A stretch of DNA of 64,000 nt from contig JBEKII010000004.1 of NCBI GenBank assembly GCA_050011835.1, positions 8,386 to 72,385 of the forward strand, given 5' to 3'. This stretch comes from Minisyncoccia bacterium. GTDB taxonomy: Bacteria > Patescibacteriota > Minisyncoccia > Phycocordibacterales > Phycocordibacteraceae. Positions 19,518 to 29,699 of the stretch are shown here, in pieces. Every line of letters begins with the position of its first letter. The first letter of the stretch is position 1. The notes below the pieces were generated by a model. That model made no database searches. It saw nothing but the letters and a program-made list of their open reading frames with translations, and was not told the DNA's origin. A program made the translations under genes and the position numbers.

Positions 19518-20012
19518 CTACCAGCTTTCTCTATGGATTTTCATTTCGCTGAATTCCGAATCGCCATGCGGCTCGATCTTCTCTTTTGGAAATCCGACGG
19601 GTATGATGTTAATTGCTTTGAATTTCGGCGGGATATTCAAAATCTTTCTTACGTCTTCTTCCCATTCTGGTTTGATATTCTTCCAGACCGTTCCCAAACC
19701 CAGAGCCGCGGCCTCAAGAAACATGAATCCTGAAGCCAACGCAAGATCCTGCATATTCAGGTCTGTTTTTGTCGTGTCACTCACCGGAATAACCAGGACT
19801 GGTGCGTCTTTCACGTAGTCCTGGCCCACAACATTAAAAATCTTTCTCTTTGTTTCAGCGTTTCGTACTACAATAAATTCGTTGGCTTTGATATTCCTGC
19901 CGTTGGGCGCGAACTGCCCAGCCTTGATTATTTCCGTAATTAATTCGTTGGAAACATCATCGCTTTTATATTCTCGGACTGCCCTGCGGTTCAAAATTTC
20001 TTTGACAATCAT
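19518..20012 (-). CDS. Nitroreductase family protein
   Basis: ILNRRAVREYKSDDVSNELITEIIKAGQFAPNGRN N-terminal nitroreductase signature. Confidence 0.75.
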   Translation of the reverse strand: MIVKEILNRRAVREYKSDDVSNELITEIIKAGQFAPNGRNIKANEFIVVRNAETKRKIFNVVGQDYVKDAPVLVIPVSDTTKTDLNMQDLALASGFMFLEAAALGLGTVWKNIKPEWEEDVRKILNIPPKFKAINIIPVGFPKEKIEPHGDSEFSEMKIHRESW

Positions 20013-20101
20013 AGTCTAGAAATCAATCTTATTTATAGTTTATCATAATCGACTCTTTGGCTGGCCGTCTGGTACGACGTGGGAACCTTTTTAAAACAAA
20101 A

Positions 20102-20521
20102 CTAATCTCTGACAAGTAGGATTAACTCTCTAAGTTTTTCATTTATTCCCTCGCTGATTCGAAGCTGTTTTGGAGAAATACTATCCATCTCAATATCAGT
20201 GCTTCCTGCTGGCAAGATAAATACATTCCCGCTCTGAGAATTCTTGCCAAGGACTACTTTCATCCCCTCATTTTTAAGTCGCTCGATTATTTCATCTGTG
20301 GGAGTAGTGAGGCCCGGATATTCTTCGTCACTTGCTTTCATTTTTAAATAGGATTCTGGATCAATATTCGAAAAGGGAAAAATCTCATTGCTCTCAAAAA
20401 GTTCTTTGGCCAGAGAAATTATCTTCTCTTTTCGTGTCGGCTCTTTTTCTGAACGTGTTGGCATTCCTTCGGACATACGCGAAGTATACAGGATTTGCTG
20501 CGGGTCAGGGATTCGAAACAA
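20102..20521 (-). CDS. Hypothetical protein
   Basis: 139-aa ORF, acidic, no recognisable motif. Confidence 0.3.
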   Translation of the reverse strand: MFRIPDPQQILYTSRMSEGMPTRSEKEPTRKEKIISLAKELFESNEIFPFSNIDPESYLKMKASDEEYPGLTTPTDEIIERLKNEGMKVVLGKNSQSGNVFILPAGSTDIEMDSISPKQLRISEGINEKLRELILLVRD

Positions 20522-21743
20522 GCTGTTTCAAATCAAATTCCGAGTCGGAGAGTTCTTTTCGTTTGGAAGAAATATCGGTGCGGTCCTGAATAAGCTTGAT
20601 GATCGTCGCCAATTCAAAGATGCGGTTCACCACAGAAACGCCCACGATTTTATCGCCATGGATAATGAGGCGTGTGCGCGAGCCCGATTCAAGCGAGCCG
20701 CGGCTCACGGTAGTTTTATCTGATGACAAACGAATGTCTCCGCCAAACGCAACATTGAGCCCAAAGCCGTGGCTGGTATAAAACGAGACCAGTTTAAAGG
20801 ATTCATGGGCTCCCGTCATATTTAAGCCGGACACCTTCCCCTGTTCTCGCGCGCTCATCCAATTGCCCGCCATGCACCGCTCATTCAAGACAGCGTCGTT
20901 ATATTCGGCAACGTCGCCCGCAGCCCAGATATCCGGCGTGTTCGTTTCTAAATACTCATTTGCCTTAATTCCGCGCCCTATTTCTACGCCGGCTGCTTTC
21001 ACCCACTCCACGAGGAAGACAACGCCTATGCCGCACAAAACCATATCGCAATCTACTTTCTCATCGTTTTTTATGACGATGCCCTCCACGCTTTCACCGC
21101 CCAAAACTTCTTTCACTTCCGATTGCCGAAAGATTTCCACGCCCGCGTCGGTAAGCGCCTTCTCCACGACGCGCCCGCTTTCTTCGTCCAGCATCGGTTC
21201 CCAAAAATATTTCTCCAGCATTACCACAGTGACTTTAATGCCGGCCGACACCAAATTTTCCATTGCTTCAAAGGCTACACAACTACTGCCGATGATTACC
21301 GCTCGCGCGGTCGTTTTCATCGCTGCCGCGATCTCTTTTGCCTCATCCAGCGTCCGCAAGTAATAAACTCCCTTTTTATCCGCGCCCACCACGGTCCATT
21401 TCCGCGCGCGCGCGCCGAGGGCCAACAGTAATTTTTCGTATCCGAACGTTTCAGTGCCGACAACAAGAGTTTTTGCCGAGGCATCCAATGCGGTTACCGA
21501 CTGTCCTTTCACCAGCATAATGCGATTCGTTTCATACCAATCCGGTGTCTTAAGCCAAATAGTCGTCTGTGGCTCCTTTTCTAAAAGAAAAGAGGGCTTG
21601 GAGAGCATGACGCGCGAGTACAGCGGATAGAGCTCGTCGGTGATGATAACGATGGAGCCGTCCGGGTCCCTCCCGCGGATGGTCTCGGCGGCAGTGGTTC
21701 CAGCGATACCGCCACCAACGATAACGTACTTATATTTTTGCAT
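20505..21743 (-). CDS. FAD-dependent pyridine nucleotide-disulfide oxidoreductase (ferredoxin/rubredoxin:NAD(P)+ reductase-like)
   Basis: N-terminal FAD fold YVIVGGGIAGTTAA, second Rossmann AVIIGSSCVAFE, WAAGDVAEY. Confidence 0.75.
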   Translation of the reverse strand: MQKYKYVIVGGGIAGTTAAETIRGRDPDGSIVIITDELYPLYSRVMLSKPSFLLEKEPQTTIWLKTPDWYETNRIMLVKGQSVTALDASAKTLVVGTETFGYEKLLLALGARARKWTVVGADKKGVYYLRTLDEAKEIAAAMKTTARAVIIGSSCVAFEAMENLVSAGIKVTVVMLEKYFWEPMLDEESGRVVEKALTDAGVEIFRQSEVKEVLGGESVEGIVIKNDEKVDCDMVLCGIGVVFLVEWVKAAGVEIGRGIKANEYLETNTPDIWAAGDVAEYNDAVLNERCMAGNWMSAREQGKVSGLNMTGAHESFKLVSFYTSHGFGLNVAFGGDIRLSSDKTTVSRGSLESGSRTRLIIHGDKIVGVSVVNRIFELATIIKLIQDRTDISSKRKELSDSEFDLKQLVSNP

Positions 21744-21748
21744 ACTGA

Positions 21749-22009
21749 CTACTTCGGAAAAATTTGTCTGCCGTCCTTGTCGAAAAGCAGAATCGCCTTC
21801 GTCGGGCAGGATTCGGCGGCCATGATGAGCATGTCGTCGTCAGCCGCGTCCGGCCCCTTCGCCACGACTTTGTTTTCGCCGTCCAGTTCAAACGTCTCTG
21901 AGGAAACAGCGACGCAAGAGACCGCGCCGATGCATAAGTCACGGTCAATGGCGATTTCTCCGATTTTAGAACCCGGTCTGTTGCGCGGATATTTTTTTAC
22001 GTTAGACAT
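21749..22009 (-). CDS. Small ferredoxin-like protein (3-Cys + CP cluster motif)
   Basis: DRDLCIGAVSC ... ESCPTKAI resembles single-cluster DxCIGCGxC...CP ferredoxins, with Ala at the second Cys position. Confidence 0.5.
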   Translation of the reverse strand: MSNVKKYPRNRPGSKIGEIAIDRDLCIGAVSCVAVSSETFELDGENKVVAKGPDAADDDMLIMAAESCPTKAILLFDKDGRQIFPK

Positions 22010-22039
22010 TTTTATCCATTCTATTTCTAAACGATTTTA

Positions 22040-22711
22040 TTATACGTTATATTTTTCCCGATAAAAACGTATGAGTTCCTCAACGGCGGGAATACATCGC
22101 GGGTAGCCGATGCCGACCTTGGTTCTTTTCTGCACCGCCTCAAGCGTCGTTGCGCCATCAATAATCGCCTCTTCAATGTCAGCCTCGGTCACTTTTGTGT
22201 GGGGGTCAATAAAGCGTGTGCCTTCAGTAACAATCCGAGAGAGCTGGCCTGTTTTTTTAAACCAATCGTTTACGGCCGCGCGGAACGCCTTATCGCCTAG
22301 CACAGAACAATGAATTTTTCTGTCCGGCAACCCACCAAGTCGTTTCATGATGTCTTGCGGCTTTACTTTGAGCGCTTTGTCTATTTTCATGCCGCCTTTT
22401 TCGGTCATCATTACGGAGAGCATGGAGGTCGCAGCGATTGCCGAGGCGCATCCGAACGTGCGCCATTTGAACTTGATTATTTTATCTTTTTTGCAGTCAA
22501 TCTTAAGCCACACGCGCATCACGTCGCCGCATGCCGGACTGCCGACGATTCCTTCCGCGTCATATGCGAAAGTATCAGAATTTTCCAGAAGGAGATTCCG
22601 CGGCTTAAAAAAATGATTCTTGACAGCATTAGAATACACCCAACTTCCGCCGGCGATTTTATTTATCACGTCGGGCTTCATTTTTTTCTTTTTAATCTTT
22701 GTCGTTTTCAT
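22040..22711 (-). CDS. NifU/IscU-like Fe-S cluster scaffold protein with C-terminal extension
   Basis: GSPACGDVMRVWLKID...FKWRTFGCASAIAATS (three conserved scaffold Cys). Confidence 0.75.
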   Translation of the reverse strand: MKTTKIKKKKMKPDVINKIAGGSWVYSNAVKNHFFKPRNLLLENSDTFAYDAEGIVGSPACGDVMRVWLKIDCKKDKIIKFKWRTFGCASAIAATSMLSVMMTEKGGMKIDKALKVKPQDIMKRLGGLPDRKIHCSVLGDKAFRAAVNDWFKKTGQLSRIVTEGTRFIDPHTKVTEADIEEAIIDGATTLEAVQKRTKVGIGYPRCIPAVEELIRFYREKYNV

Positions 22712-22714
22712 TGT

Positions 22715-23896
22715 TTAGTACTTAATACTCAAAGGCGAGATCCGCCGGAGCTTAGCCACAATCGGAGGCAATTCGCGAAGTACGTAATTTATATCAGACA
22801 CTGTCGTTTCTCTGCCCAACGTAAAACGGATGCTCCCGTGAACGTGTTCGTAGGGACTGCCCAGTGCCATTAATACAGAGGATGGCTCCAAACTTTCTGA
22901 ATTGCACGCCGAGCCGGTGTTCACGAAGATTTCCTTTCCATCAAGATAAAGAAGTATCGCCTCGCCTTCTACGTCCAGAAAAGAAACATTCAGGAAGTTC
23001 GGCAAACGTCTGGTTTTATTGCCGTTCAGTACGACCTTCGGGATGGTTTTGAATATTCCCGCCTCCAATCTGTCCCTTAATTTTTTCACGCGCGCGGACT
23101 CGGCCTTCCGATATCTTTGCGCCAAAGATATTGCCCTGCCAAAGCCGACAATCGCCGGTACGTTCTCCGTTCCTGCTCTTAACCCTCTTTGCTGGCCGCC
23201 GCCAAAAATGATGGGTTCAATCGCGATGCCACGTCGCACATACAGACCGCCTATACCTTTCGGCCCGTATACTTTATGTCCCGAGAGCGTGAGCAGGTCC
23301 ACGCCAAGTTTCTTTACGTTGATATCCAGACAAAGCGCCGCTTGGCTCGCGTCGGTGTGAAGATAGGGCATAGGATTTTTTTTGCGGAATGCTTTGATAA
23401 TTTCGGAAATTTCTGCGATGGGCTGAATAGTTCCGGTCTCCGAATCCGCGCACGTTACTGACACCAAAACAGTTTTATCATCCAAAAACTTTGCGAGCTC
23501 TGCGGGATTAACAAGTCCATTTTTACCGACCGGCAGTTCAACTATTTCAAAATCTTCTTTCTTTAGAGCGTTACAGGCAGCATGTATTCCCTTATGCTCT
23601 ATAGCGGAAACGATAATCTTATTCCCCCATTCTCTGTTCGCCCTCGCGACACCCAAGATAGCGAGATTGTCCGCCTCCGTGGCGGAACCGGTGAAAATAA
23701 ATTCGTCCAGCGCACAATTCAGAGCCGCGACTATCTCCCGCGTTGCCTCTATAAGCGCTCTTTTTGCCTTGAGGCCAAAGGCGTAAGGGTTGGATGGATT
23801 ACCGAATTTTTTGGTGAAATACGGCAGCATCGCATGAAACACCCGACGGTCGACTGGCGTTGTCGCGGCATAATCAAGATAGATTTTTCTCTTCAT
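22715..23896 (-). CDS. Cysteine desulfurase (NifS/IscS family)
   Basis: PLP-lysine motif SGHKVYGPKGIGGLYV; class V aminotransferase architecture; 393 aa. Confidence 0.85.
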   Translation of the reverse strand: MKRKIYLDYAATTPVDRRVFHAMLPYFTKKFGNPSNPYAFGLKAKRALIEATREIVAALNCALDEFIFTGSATEADNLAILGVARANREWGNKIIVSAIEHKGIHAACNALKKEDFEIVELPVGKNGLVNPAELAKFLDDKTVLVSVTCADSETGTIQPIAEISEIIKAFRKKNPMPYLHTDASQAALCLDINVKKLGVDLLTLSGHKVYGPKGIGGLYVRRGIAIEPIIFGGGQQRGLRAGTENVPAIVGFGRAISLAQRYRKAESARVKKLRDRLEAGIFKTIPKVVLNGNKTRRLPNFLNVSFLDVEGEAILLYLDGKEIFVNTGSACNSESLEPSSVLMALGSPYEHVHGSIRFTLGRETTVSDINYVLRELPPIVAKLRRISPLSIKY

Positions 23897-23942
23897 TTCA
23901 GGGCAACTCTATCATAAGCGACAATTGCTATAATCACTCCGC

Positions 23943-24707
23943 ATGGCAAATGAATTCCCTGCAACAAGTCATTTTATGGACGGCGTCCTTCGCTGCAGCC
24001 GCTACGCCTTCGGGCCGAATCGTCTCCATTACTGTGGCCCCGATGCTAATTGTGAAATCCATTCGTATATCAACGAGAGCGCAAGCGACCCGGGCCTAAG
24101 ACAATTGTTGCGTGAATTTCAAACAATGTTTCCCTATTTGCGACACATTGCGGATGTAAATGGCATACCAGACCCGTTTGATGAGCGCGTCGTCGAGGCC
24201 TATTGGCTCGGCAACGAACTCCTAGAAAAAATCAACGCGCACGCGTTCTATCGCCATCTCATTGAAGACCAGAGAATAAGAGACAAGATTGGCGCAAAAT
24301 CATTTGAGCTTGTTGCACAAAAAATCGGCCAAGGGGCGGTTCCGCACCATTCGTTCCACGTCTTTGATGTCTGGAAGCGCGCGGGGCGCGCTGACCATGA
24401 ACATACGCTGGAGTGGATGGATGAATGCCGCATAAGCTGGGGCACCGTCCTCACCGTTGACGGGCCGACACTCACCGTCCTTACCGAGCCGCTCACTCTA
24501 ACGCAAGGGAAATTTGCTCTCGGTAATCCCATGGAAAGAAAGTTGGTACGGCGACTTGAGGCCGAATACGATATTGAACAAGTTAAGCCAAACAATATCG
24601 TGTCCATCCACTGGGGCGTTCCCTGTGAAGTGATAAGTAGGCACCAAGCGGCCATGCTCAAAAAGTACACGCTCCGCCACATCTATTTTGCAAATCAGAC
24701 CATTTAA
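23943..24707 (+). CDS. Hypothetical protein
   Basis: 254-aa ORF between Fe-S biogenesis genes and the hydrogenase maturation protease; no recognisable motif. Confidence 0.4.
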   Translation: MANEFPATSHFMDGVLRCSRYAFGPNRLHYCGPDANCEIHSYINESASDPGLRQLLREFQTMFPYLRHIADVNGIPDPFDERVVEAYWLGNELLEKINAHAFYRHLIEDQRIRDKIGAKSFELVAQKIGQGAVPHHSFHVFDVWKRAGRADHEHTLEWMDECRISWGTVLTVDGPTLTVLTEPLTLTQGKFALGNPMERKLVRRLEAEYDIEQVKPNNIVSIHWGVPCEVISRHQAAMLKKYTLRHIYFANQTI

Positions 24708-24745
24708 GTATAGAGTCGCGGCAGAATGTTCCAAATTGAAAGGGG

Positions 24746-25288
24746 GTGATATTAATGATGGGAGAACGGACAAAGGAACAGACGGGGGAACAATTGTTCC
24801 TCCATTATGCGTGGCCTTGTGCCGACGCTAAATTGGCTAGCGGAGAGATTAACCAAGGACAATTCCTTGAACTTGAGCGGCTTATTAAAAACAATGAGCA
24901 GCCGCCGCGCGAGTTGCTTCTTTTCTGCTTCACGAACGCTGTCCGCCGACAGAGAGAATTTGCAAAGGCAAATGAACTTAAGACGTGGGCGCCAGGTACC
25001 GTTCAAGTCTTCTGGCGGTACCATCATAATGATTACGAACACCAAAAGGAATGCCAGGTGCACCGCTGCGCCGTAGAAAAAGTCGACGATACAAAAACCG
25101 TTGTCGTATGCGAGGGAGAACGGTTTAATGTAATCAATTTTTACAATCTCCCTCTTCGAGACGGCCAAGTTGTCTTCGTTCACAGACGAGTGGTCGTCGA
25201 AATCAAGAGGATATCATCCTGGTGCCGCCTTTTTGTTGGGCCATCGTGGTTCAGCGGAGGGCGGCATATTTTGTGGAATGGCATATGA
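24746..25288 (+). CDS. Hypothetical protein
   Basis: 180-aa ORF; Cys/His-containing, unknown. Confidence 0.35.
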   Translation: MILMMGERTKEQTGEQLFLHYAWPCADAKLASGEINQGQFLELERLIKNNEQPPRELLLFCFTNAVRRQREFAKANELKTWAPGTVQVFWRYHHNDYEHQKECQVHRCAVEKVDDTKTVVVCEGERFNVINFYNLPLRDGQVVFVHRRVVVEIKRISSWCRLFVGPSWFSGGRHILWNGI

Positions 25289-25297
25289 TGAAACCGC

Positions 25298-25675
25298 ATG
25301 ATTATTTATGTATTCGGTAATCCCGACCTGCCTGCCGATTCACTGCCTTTGAAAATTCTGCCTGAACTCAAAAAACGTTTCCCGCAACTGCAGTTTGCGG
25401 TCAAGGACCCTCATGAAGAATGGGATTGCCCCGAAACGGTTACGGTCATTGATACCGTCAAAGGAATTGGCAACGTAACCGTTTTTGAAGACCTTACAAA
25501 ATTTGCCTCCGCGCCGAGCCTGACGCTCCATGATTTTGACGCTCTCGCAAATCTCCGTTATCTCCAAAAACTCGGTAAACTTAAGAAAATAAAAATTATC
25601 GGTATGCCTGCGGAAATGCACCTCAATAAAGCGCTCGCCTCCGTTGCAGAAAAGATTAAGCGCGAGTGCGCTTGA
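25298..25675 (+). CDS. Hydrogenase maturation protease-like (HybD/HycI family)
   Basis: 125 aa; N-terminal IIYVFGNPDLPADSLPLKI resembles the ILVLGVGNxLxxD start of hydrogenase C-terminal endopeptidases; genomic context with the hydrogenase. Confidence 0.55.
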   Translation: MIIYVFGNPDLPADSLPLKILPELKKRFPQLQFAVKDPHEEWDCPETVTVIDTVKGIGNVTVFEDLTKFASAPSLTLHDFDALANLRYLQKLGKLKKIKIIGMPAEMHLNKALASVAEKIKRECA

Positions 25676-25922
25676 TTGCTGCGGCGAGACGCGATTTCTT
25701 GCGGGCGGCGGTGTTTGTCTTAATAACGCCGCGCTTGCGGGCCTTGTCGATTGCGGCATAAGCCAAAGGAAGGAGTTTTTCCGCTCCGGCAATATCTTTG
25801 GCGGCGAGCGCCTTCATGAGCGACTTGCTTGCATCATGAAGCGCACCCTTGCGACGTAAATTGAAGACGTGTTTTCTCGCCGAAGAACGAATCGCCCTTT
25901 TTGCGGAACTCGTAATTGCCAT
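25656..25922 (-). CDS. rpsT: 30S ribosomal protein S20
   Basis: MAITSSAKRAIRSSARKHVFNLRRKG...KTNTAARKKSRLAAAIKR. Confidence 0.85.
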   Translation of the reverse strand: MAITSSAKRAIRSSARKHVFNLRRKGALHDASKSLMKALAAKDIAGAEKLLPLAYAAIDKARKRGVIKTNTAARKKSRLAAAIKRTRA

Positions 25923-25977
25923 GTGCGCCTAATGTAATGTATACGCGACATAAGCGCAAGAGTGATAGGATACCAGC

Positions 25978-26526
25978 ATGATTCGGCAAATTCGCGGGAA
26001 GGTGCTTGAAGTCGGAATAGCGCGTGCCGTTATTGAAGTTGCGGGCCTCGGTATTGAAGTACATATGAGTGCGCCACAAACGCTCTCCATAGGCGACGAG
26101 GTTTGTCTTGCGACACATCTAGCGGTCAAGCAGGACGGTATGAATCTTTACGGTTTCTCTGATCCGGCCGACCGAGATTTCTTTGAACTCACTCTCTCGG
26201 TCTCGGGCATCGGTCCGAAGACCGCGCTCGGAATATTGCGCCGCGCGCCGCGCGAAGCGCTCGAAGGCGCCATTGGAAAGCGCGATCTTACGTACCTCAC
26301 AAAAGTCGTCGGACTCGGTAAAAAGAGCGCGGAGAAATTACTGGTGGAACTTGCCGAAAAGGTCGGACCGCGTGCGCACGATAACGCAGACAACGAGGTT
26401 TTTGATACACTCATCGCACTTGGCTACACCGAACGAGAAGCGCGCACGGCTTTGCAAGCCATTCCTGATGACGTCATCGGCAAGGATATGCGTCTCAAGG
26501 CCGCGCTCTCAAACGGCCATTCGTAA
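25978..26526 (+). CDS. ruvA: Holliday junction DNA helicase RuvA
   Basis: MIRQIRGKVLEV...GIEVHMSAP...LYGF...GIGPKTALGIL. Confidence 0.85.
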   Translation: MIRQIRGKVLEVGIARAVIEVAGLGIEVHMSAPQTLSIGDEVCLATHLAVKQDGMNLYGFSDPADRDFFELTLSVSGIGPKTALGILRRAPREALEGAIGKRDLTYLTKVVGLGKKSAEKLLVELAEKVGPRAHDNADNEVFDTLIALGYTEREARTALQAIPDDVIGKDMRLKAALSNGHS

Positions 26527-26538
26527 TCTTCTTTCGAT

Positions 26539-27834
26539 ATGTATGAGCTAGTCGACCGAATTGTCCGCGTCCTGAAAAAAATTGTGCCGGAGCCGGTGGT
26601 ACGTCCGTTGCGACCTGCGTATCATCGCGCGCTCGCGTATTTTATGGCGTTTTCATACGACTTCCCCGCACGAAAGCTCACAGTCATCGGCGTCACGGGA
26701 ACAAAAGGAAAATCGACGGTCGCCGAAATGCTTTTCGCAATCTTGCGCGAGGCAGGATACAAGACAGCGCTTATCTCCACCGTCCGGTTTGCGATTAAGG
26801 ACGACTCAGAGCCAAATCAGTATAAAATGACGTCGCCGGGCCGCGGTTTTATCCAGGCATTTATGCATCGGGCGCTAAAGGCAGAATGCACACATATCGT
26901 CATTGAAATAAGCTCTGAGAGCGTCCTGCAGTATCGGCACTGGTTCCTTGAACTTGACGGACTTATCGTAACGAACATTCAACGAGAACACATTGAAAGC
27001 CACGGCTCGTTCGCGAACTATGTCGCTGCAAAACGCGCCATAGTCACCGCACTTGTTCGCTCGCACAAACGTTTCCGCGTCCTTGTCGCAAATGAAGATA
27101 TCCCCGAGAGCCGTGCTTTTCTTTCTGCTCATGTTTCAAGTACGATTGGATTTAGCGCGCACGAGCTCCAGCGCGTTTCCGGAAACGAACAAAACATCAA
27201 TTTTGAATATGCTGGGATACCCTTTTCTCTTCCGATACCGGGTATCTTCAATGCAATGAATGCGCTTGCTGCGGTGAAGCTTAGTGCCGTATTGGGTATT
27301 TCACTCACAGTCGCCGCGGTCGCGCTAAAGAAGCTTCAGACTGTGCGCGGCCGTGTTGAACGCATTGAAGCGGGACAGGACTTTCTTGTCATCGTTGACT
27401 ATGCGCACACGCCAGACTCGCTCCGCGCTCTGTACGGAATATTCACTTCCCGACCAGCGGATTCAACGCGCAAATTGATTTGCGTGTTAGGAAATACGGG
27501 TGGCGGACGCGATACGTGGAAACGGCCGGAGATGGGCCGCATTGCCGACGAAGAATGCGAGAAAGTTATTCTTACAAACGAAGACTCGTATGATGAAGAC
27601 CCGTCAGAAATTGTGGCGGCGATGGCGCGCGGAATGAAGCGTGCGCCGGAAATCATTATGGATCGACGTATGGCGATACGTGCGGCGCTCCGCGCCGCAC
27701 AAAGAGGCGATGTGGTTTTCATCACCGGTAAGGGCACCGACCCGTTCATTATGGGGGCGCACGGAGCGAAAATTCCGTGGAGCGACGCAGATGTCGTCCG
27801 CGAGGAACTTGAGCGGCTTCTTAAAAAAGTTTGA
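26539..27834 (+). CDS. Mur ligase family protein (MurE/MurF-like UDP-MurNAc-peptide ligase)
   Basis: P-loop VIGVTGTKGKSTVAEML, Mur ligase middle and C-terminal domains (DYAHTPDS). Confidence 0.75.
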   Translation: MYELVDRIVRVLKKIVPEPVVRPLRPAYHRALAYFMAFSYDFPARKLTVIGVTGTKGKSTVAEMLFAILREAGYKTALISTVRFAIKDDSEPNQYKMTSPGRGFIQAFMHRALKAECTHIVIEISSESVLQYRHWFLELDGLIVTNIQREHIESHGSFANYVAAKRAIVTALVRSHKRFRVLVANEDIPESRAFLSAHVSSTIGFSAHELQRVSGNEQNINFEYAGIPFSLPIPGIFNAMNALAAVKLSAVLGISLTVAAVALKKLQTVRGRVERIEAGQDFLVIVDYAHTPDSLRALYGIFTSRPADSTRKLICVLGNTGGGRDTWKRPEMGRIADEECEKVILTNEDSYDEDPSEIVAAMARGMKRAPEIIMDRRMAIRAALRAAQRGDVVFITGKGTDPFIMGAHGAKIPWSDADVVREELERLLKKV

Positions 27835-27846
27835 TACTATACCGTT

Positions 27847-28800
27847 ATGGGTGATATGCATGACGCGTGGTTTTTTATAGGTATATTCGTTTTCATATTC
27901 ATTATTTGGATCGCGGTTGGCGGTCCGACGCATCCGCTCGCATTTACCGGTCTGGCGCTCTCGCAACCGTCTCCTCTCGGCAACGGCACTTATCTGCAGC
28001 TTCCGAAAGCGCCCTTTAGTATTGGCGGCGCAACGGTCTCCCTTCCCGGGTCATCCAACGGAAATTCTTCTGGAAATTCAGCGTCGGCACCCTCACTCGG
28101 AAACGGGAATTTTTTTGGTTCCCCCTCGATATATCGCGGCATCGTTTCTTTAGACCACTACGTCTCCGGTGCCGGCTCGTCAAATCTAGAGAACGAATAT
28201 ATTGAATTGTCAGTCGCACAAAACGCTGGCGTGCCGGTTGATCTCTCCGGGTGGACGCTCTCAAGCGACGCAACGGGCAATGCCGCAATCATTCCCAAAG
28301 GTACTGAAATCCCAACGTCGGGCATCGTGAATGCCGCGCAGGATATCGTGCTCACTCCAGGAGAGCGGGCGATTATCATTTCCGGGCAATCGCCTATCGG
28401 CGCCTCTTTCCGCGAAAATAAATGCATCGGCTATTTTGGTAATTTCCAGACATTCTCCCCGCCTCTGCCACAGAACTGCCCTGAGCCATCCGATGAACTT
28501 TCTTCATTTTATGGTGCCGGCTACATCCGCGATGATGCTTGTATTGAATATGTAAAGACGCTGTCGCGCTGCCAGATCGCGCTCACGCCGCCGATCGGCG
28601 CTTCAAGCGCATGTCAGGGTTTCTTGGAGAAATATATGAATTACAACGGTTGCGTTACCGCGCACCAGAACGATGCCGATTTTGAGGGCGACACCTGGCG
28701 AATTTATCTTGGCCGTTCGGATTCAATGTGGCGTACCAGAAATGAATTGGTAAAGCTTCTGGATGCGAAGGGCGATACGGTGGACGCGTTCAGCTACTAG
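27847..28800 (+). CDS. Membrane-anchored secreted protein with lamin-tail-domain (LTD)-like region
   Basis: N-terminal TM, then YIELSVAQNAGVPVDLSGWTLSSDATGNAAIIPKGTEIPTSG...LTPGERAIIISGQSP, typical LTD pattern. Confidence 0.5.
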   Translation: MGDMHDAWFFIGIFVFIFIIWIAVGGPTHPLAFTGLALSQPSPLGNGTYLQLPKAPFSIGGATVSLPGSSNGNSSGNSASAPSLGNGNFFGSPSIYRGIVSLDHYVSGAGSSNLENEYIELSVAQNAGVPVDLSGWTLSSDATGNAAIIPKGTEIPTSGIVNAAQDIVLTPGERAIIISGQSPIGASFRENKCIGYFGNFQTFSPPLPQNCPEPSDELSSFYGAGYIRDDACIEYVKTLSRCQIALTPPIGASSACQGFLEKYMNYNGCVTAHQNDADFEGDTWRIYLGRSDSMWRTRNELVKLLDAKGDTVDAFSY

Positions 28801-28844
28801 AAAAAACGAGGTGAAAAAGGTAGATTACGAATACGCGTCCATTC

Positions 28845-28917
28845 GCGCCCATAGCTCAGTTGGTAGAGCAGCTCCCTTTTAAGGAGAAGGTCGCAGGATC
28901 GTAACCTGCTGGGCGCA
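28845..28917 (+). tRNA. tRNA-Lys(TTT)
   Basis: Hand fold: acceptor GCGCCCA/TGGGCGC, D-arm GCTC-AGTTGGTA-GAGC, anticodon loop CTTTTAA (TTT), T-arm GCAGG-ATCGTAA-CCTGC (atypical A54). Confidence 0.8.
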
Positions 28918-28976
28918 CAAAAAAGAAATGGTACGTGCAGATCCTCTGCGCGTACCACCCCATTAGCTGGGATCTG

Positions 28977-29573
28977 TCAGTTTATAGAATCGACTTCGCC
29001 TCGAAGTCTCGCCTTCTCCAATTCGGTCTCATTCTTAATCCATTGCCTCATAGAAATACCCTTCGGCAATTTATACACAATCACCGCTTGAGTATAACTA
29101 TAGTAAGAAAGTAGGAAGCGAACCGAATCGGCTTTCTCCCCAAGCCGTTCCGTGATTGTTCCGACCGAAGGCGTATATCCGGTTCGGAAATCGTGATGAG
29201 GAATTGTGCCAGAAATCCTCTTAATCCTTGCAACGGGCGGCCCCCAAAAGAAGAATTTCTTCCTCCACTTTTTGATCTCACCAATCACTTCTTCCCCCTT
29301 CTCATTGAGAAGGGTGATTTTCTCCCACATCCGCGAGAACATTTCAATATCAATGGAATGGAGAAAATAGTTGAGGATGGAAGACTCCACCCTCGAGACA
29401 TAGACTTGTGCGATTGGTTCGTTCACGTGTTTTCTGATCCACGGGAACTCTTCCAAGAATGCTTGGACCTTGGTCGGTGGCATTGGAACAGGATCCATCC
29501 CCACACGAGTACCGTGTTGTTGCTTTTCGTAAAGATCTTTTTGCGTTAACATCTTGGCCTCCTTTGGCGTCAC
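28977..29573 (-). CDS. Hypothetical protein
   Basis: 198-aa ORF, no recognisable motif. Confidence 0.35.
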   Translation of the reverse strand: MTPKEAKMLTQKDLYEKQQHGTRVGMDPVPMPPTKVQAFLEEFPWIRKHVNEPIAQVYVSRVESSILNYFLHSIDIEMFSRMWEKITLLNEKGEEVIGEIKKWRKKFFFWGPPVARIKRISGTIPHHDFRTGYTPSVGTITERLGEKADSVRFLLSYYSYTQAVIVYKLPKGISMRQWIKNETELEKARLRGEVDSIN

Positions 29574-29699
29574 GCCGGTTTTCGAATAAAGAGCGTCGCG
29601 CTCGTTATCCTAGGTTTGTTATCAAGGTGCGAGAAGCGCACCGGCCATGCCAGAAGTCTCTGGCTCCGCCAAAAGAGTATCATACAAGATATTAGGTTG

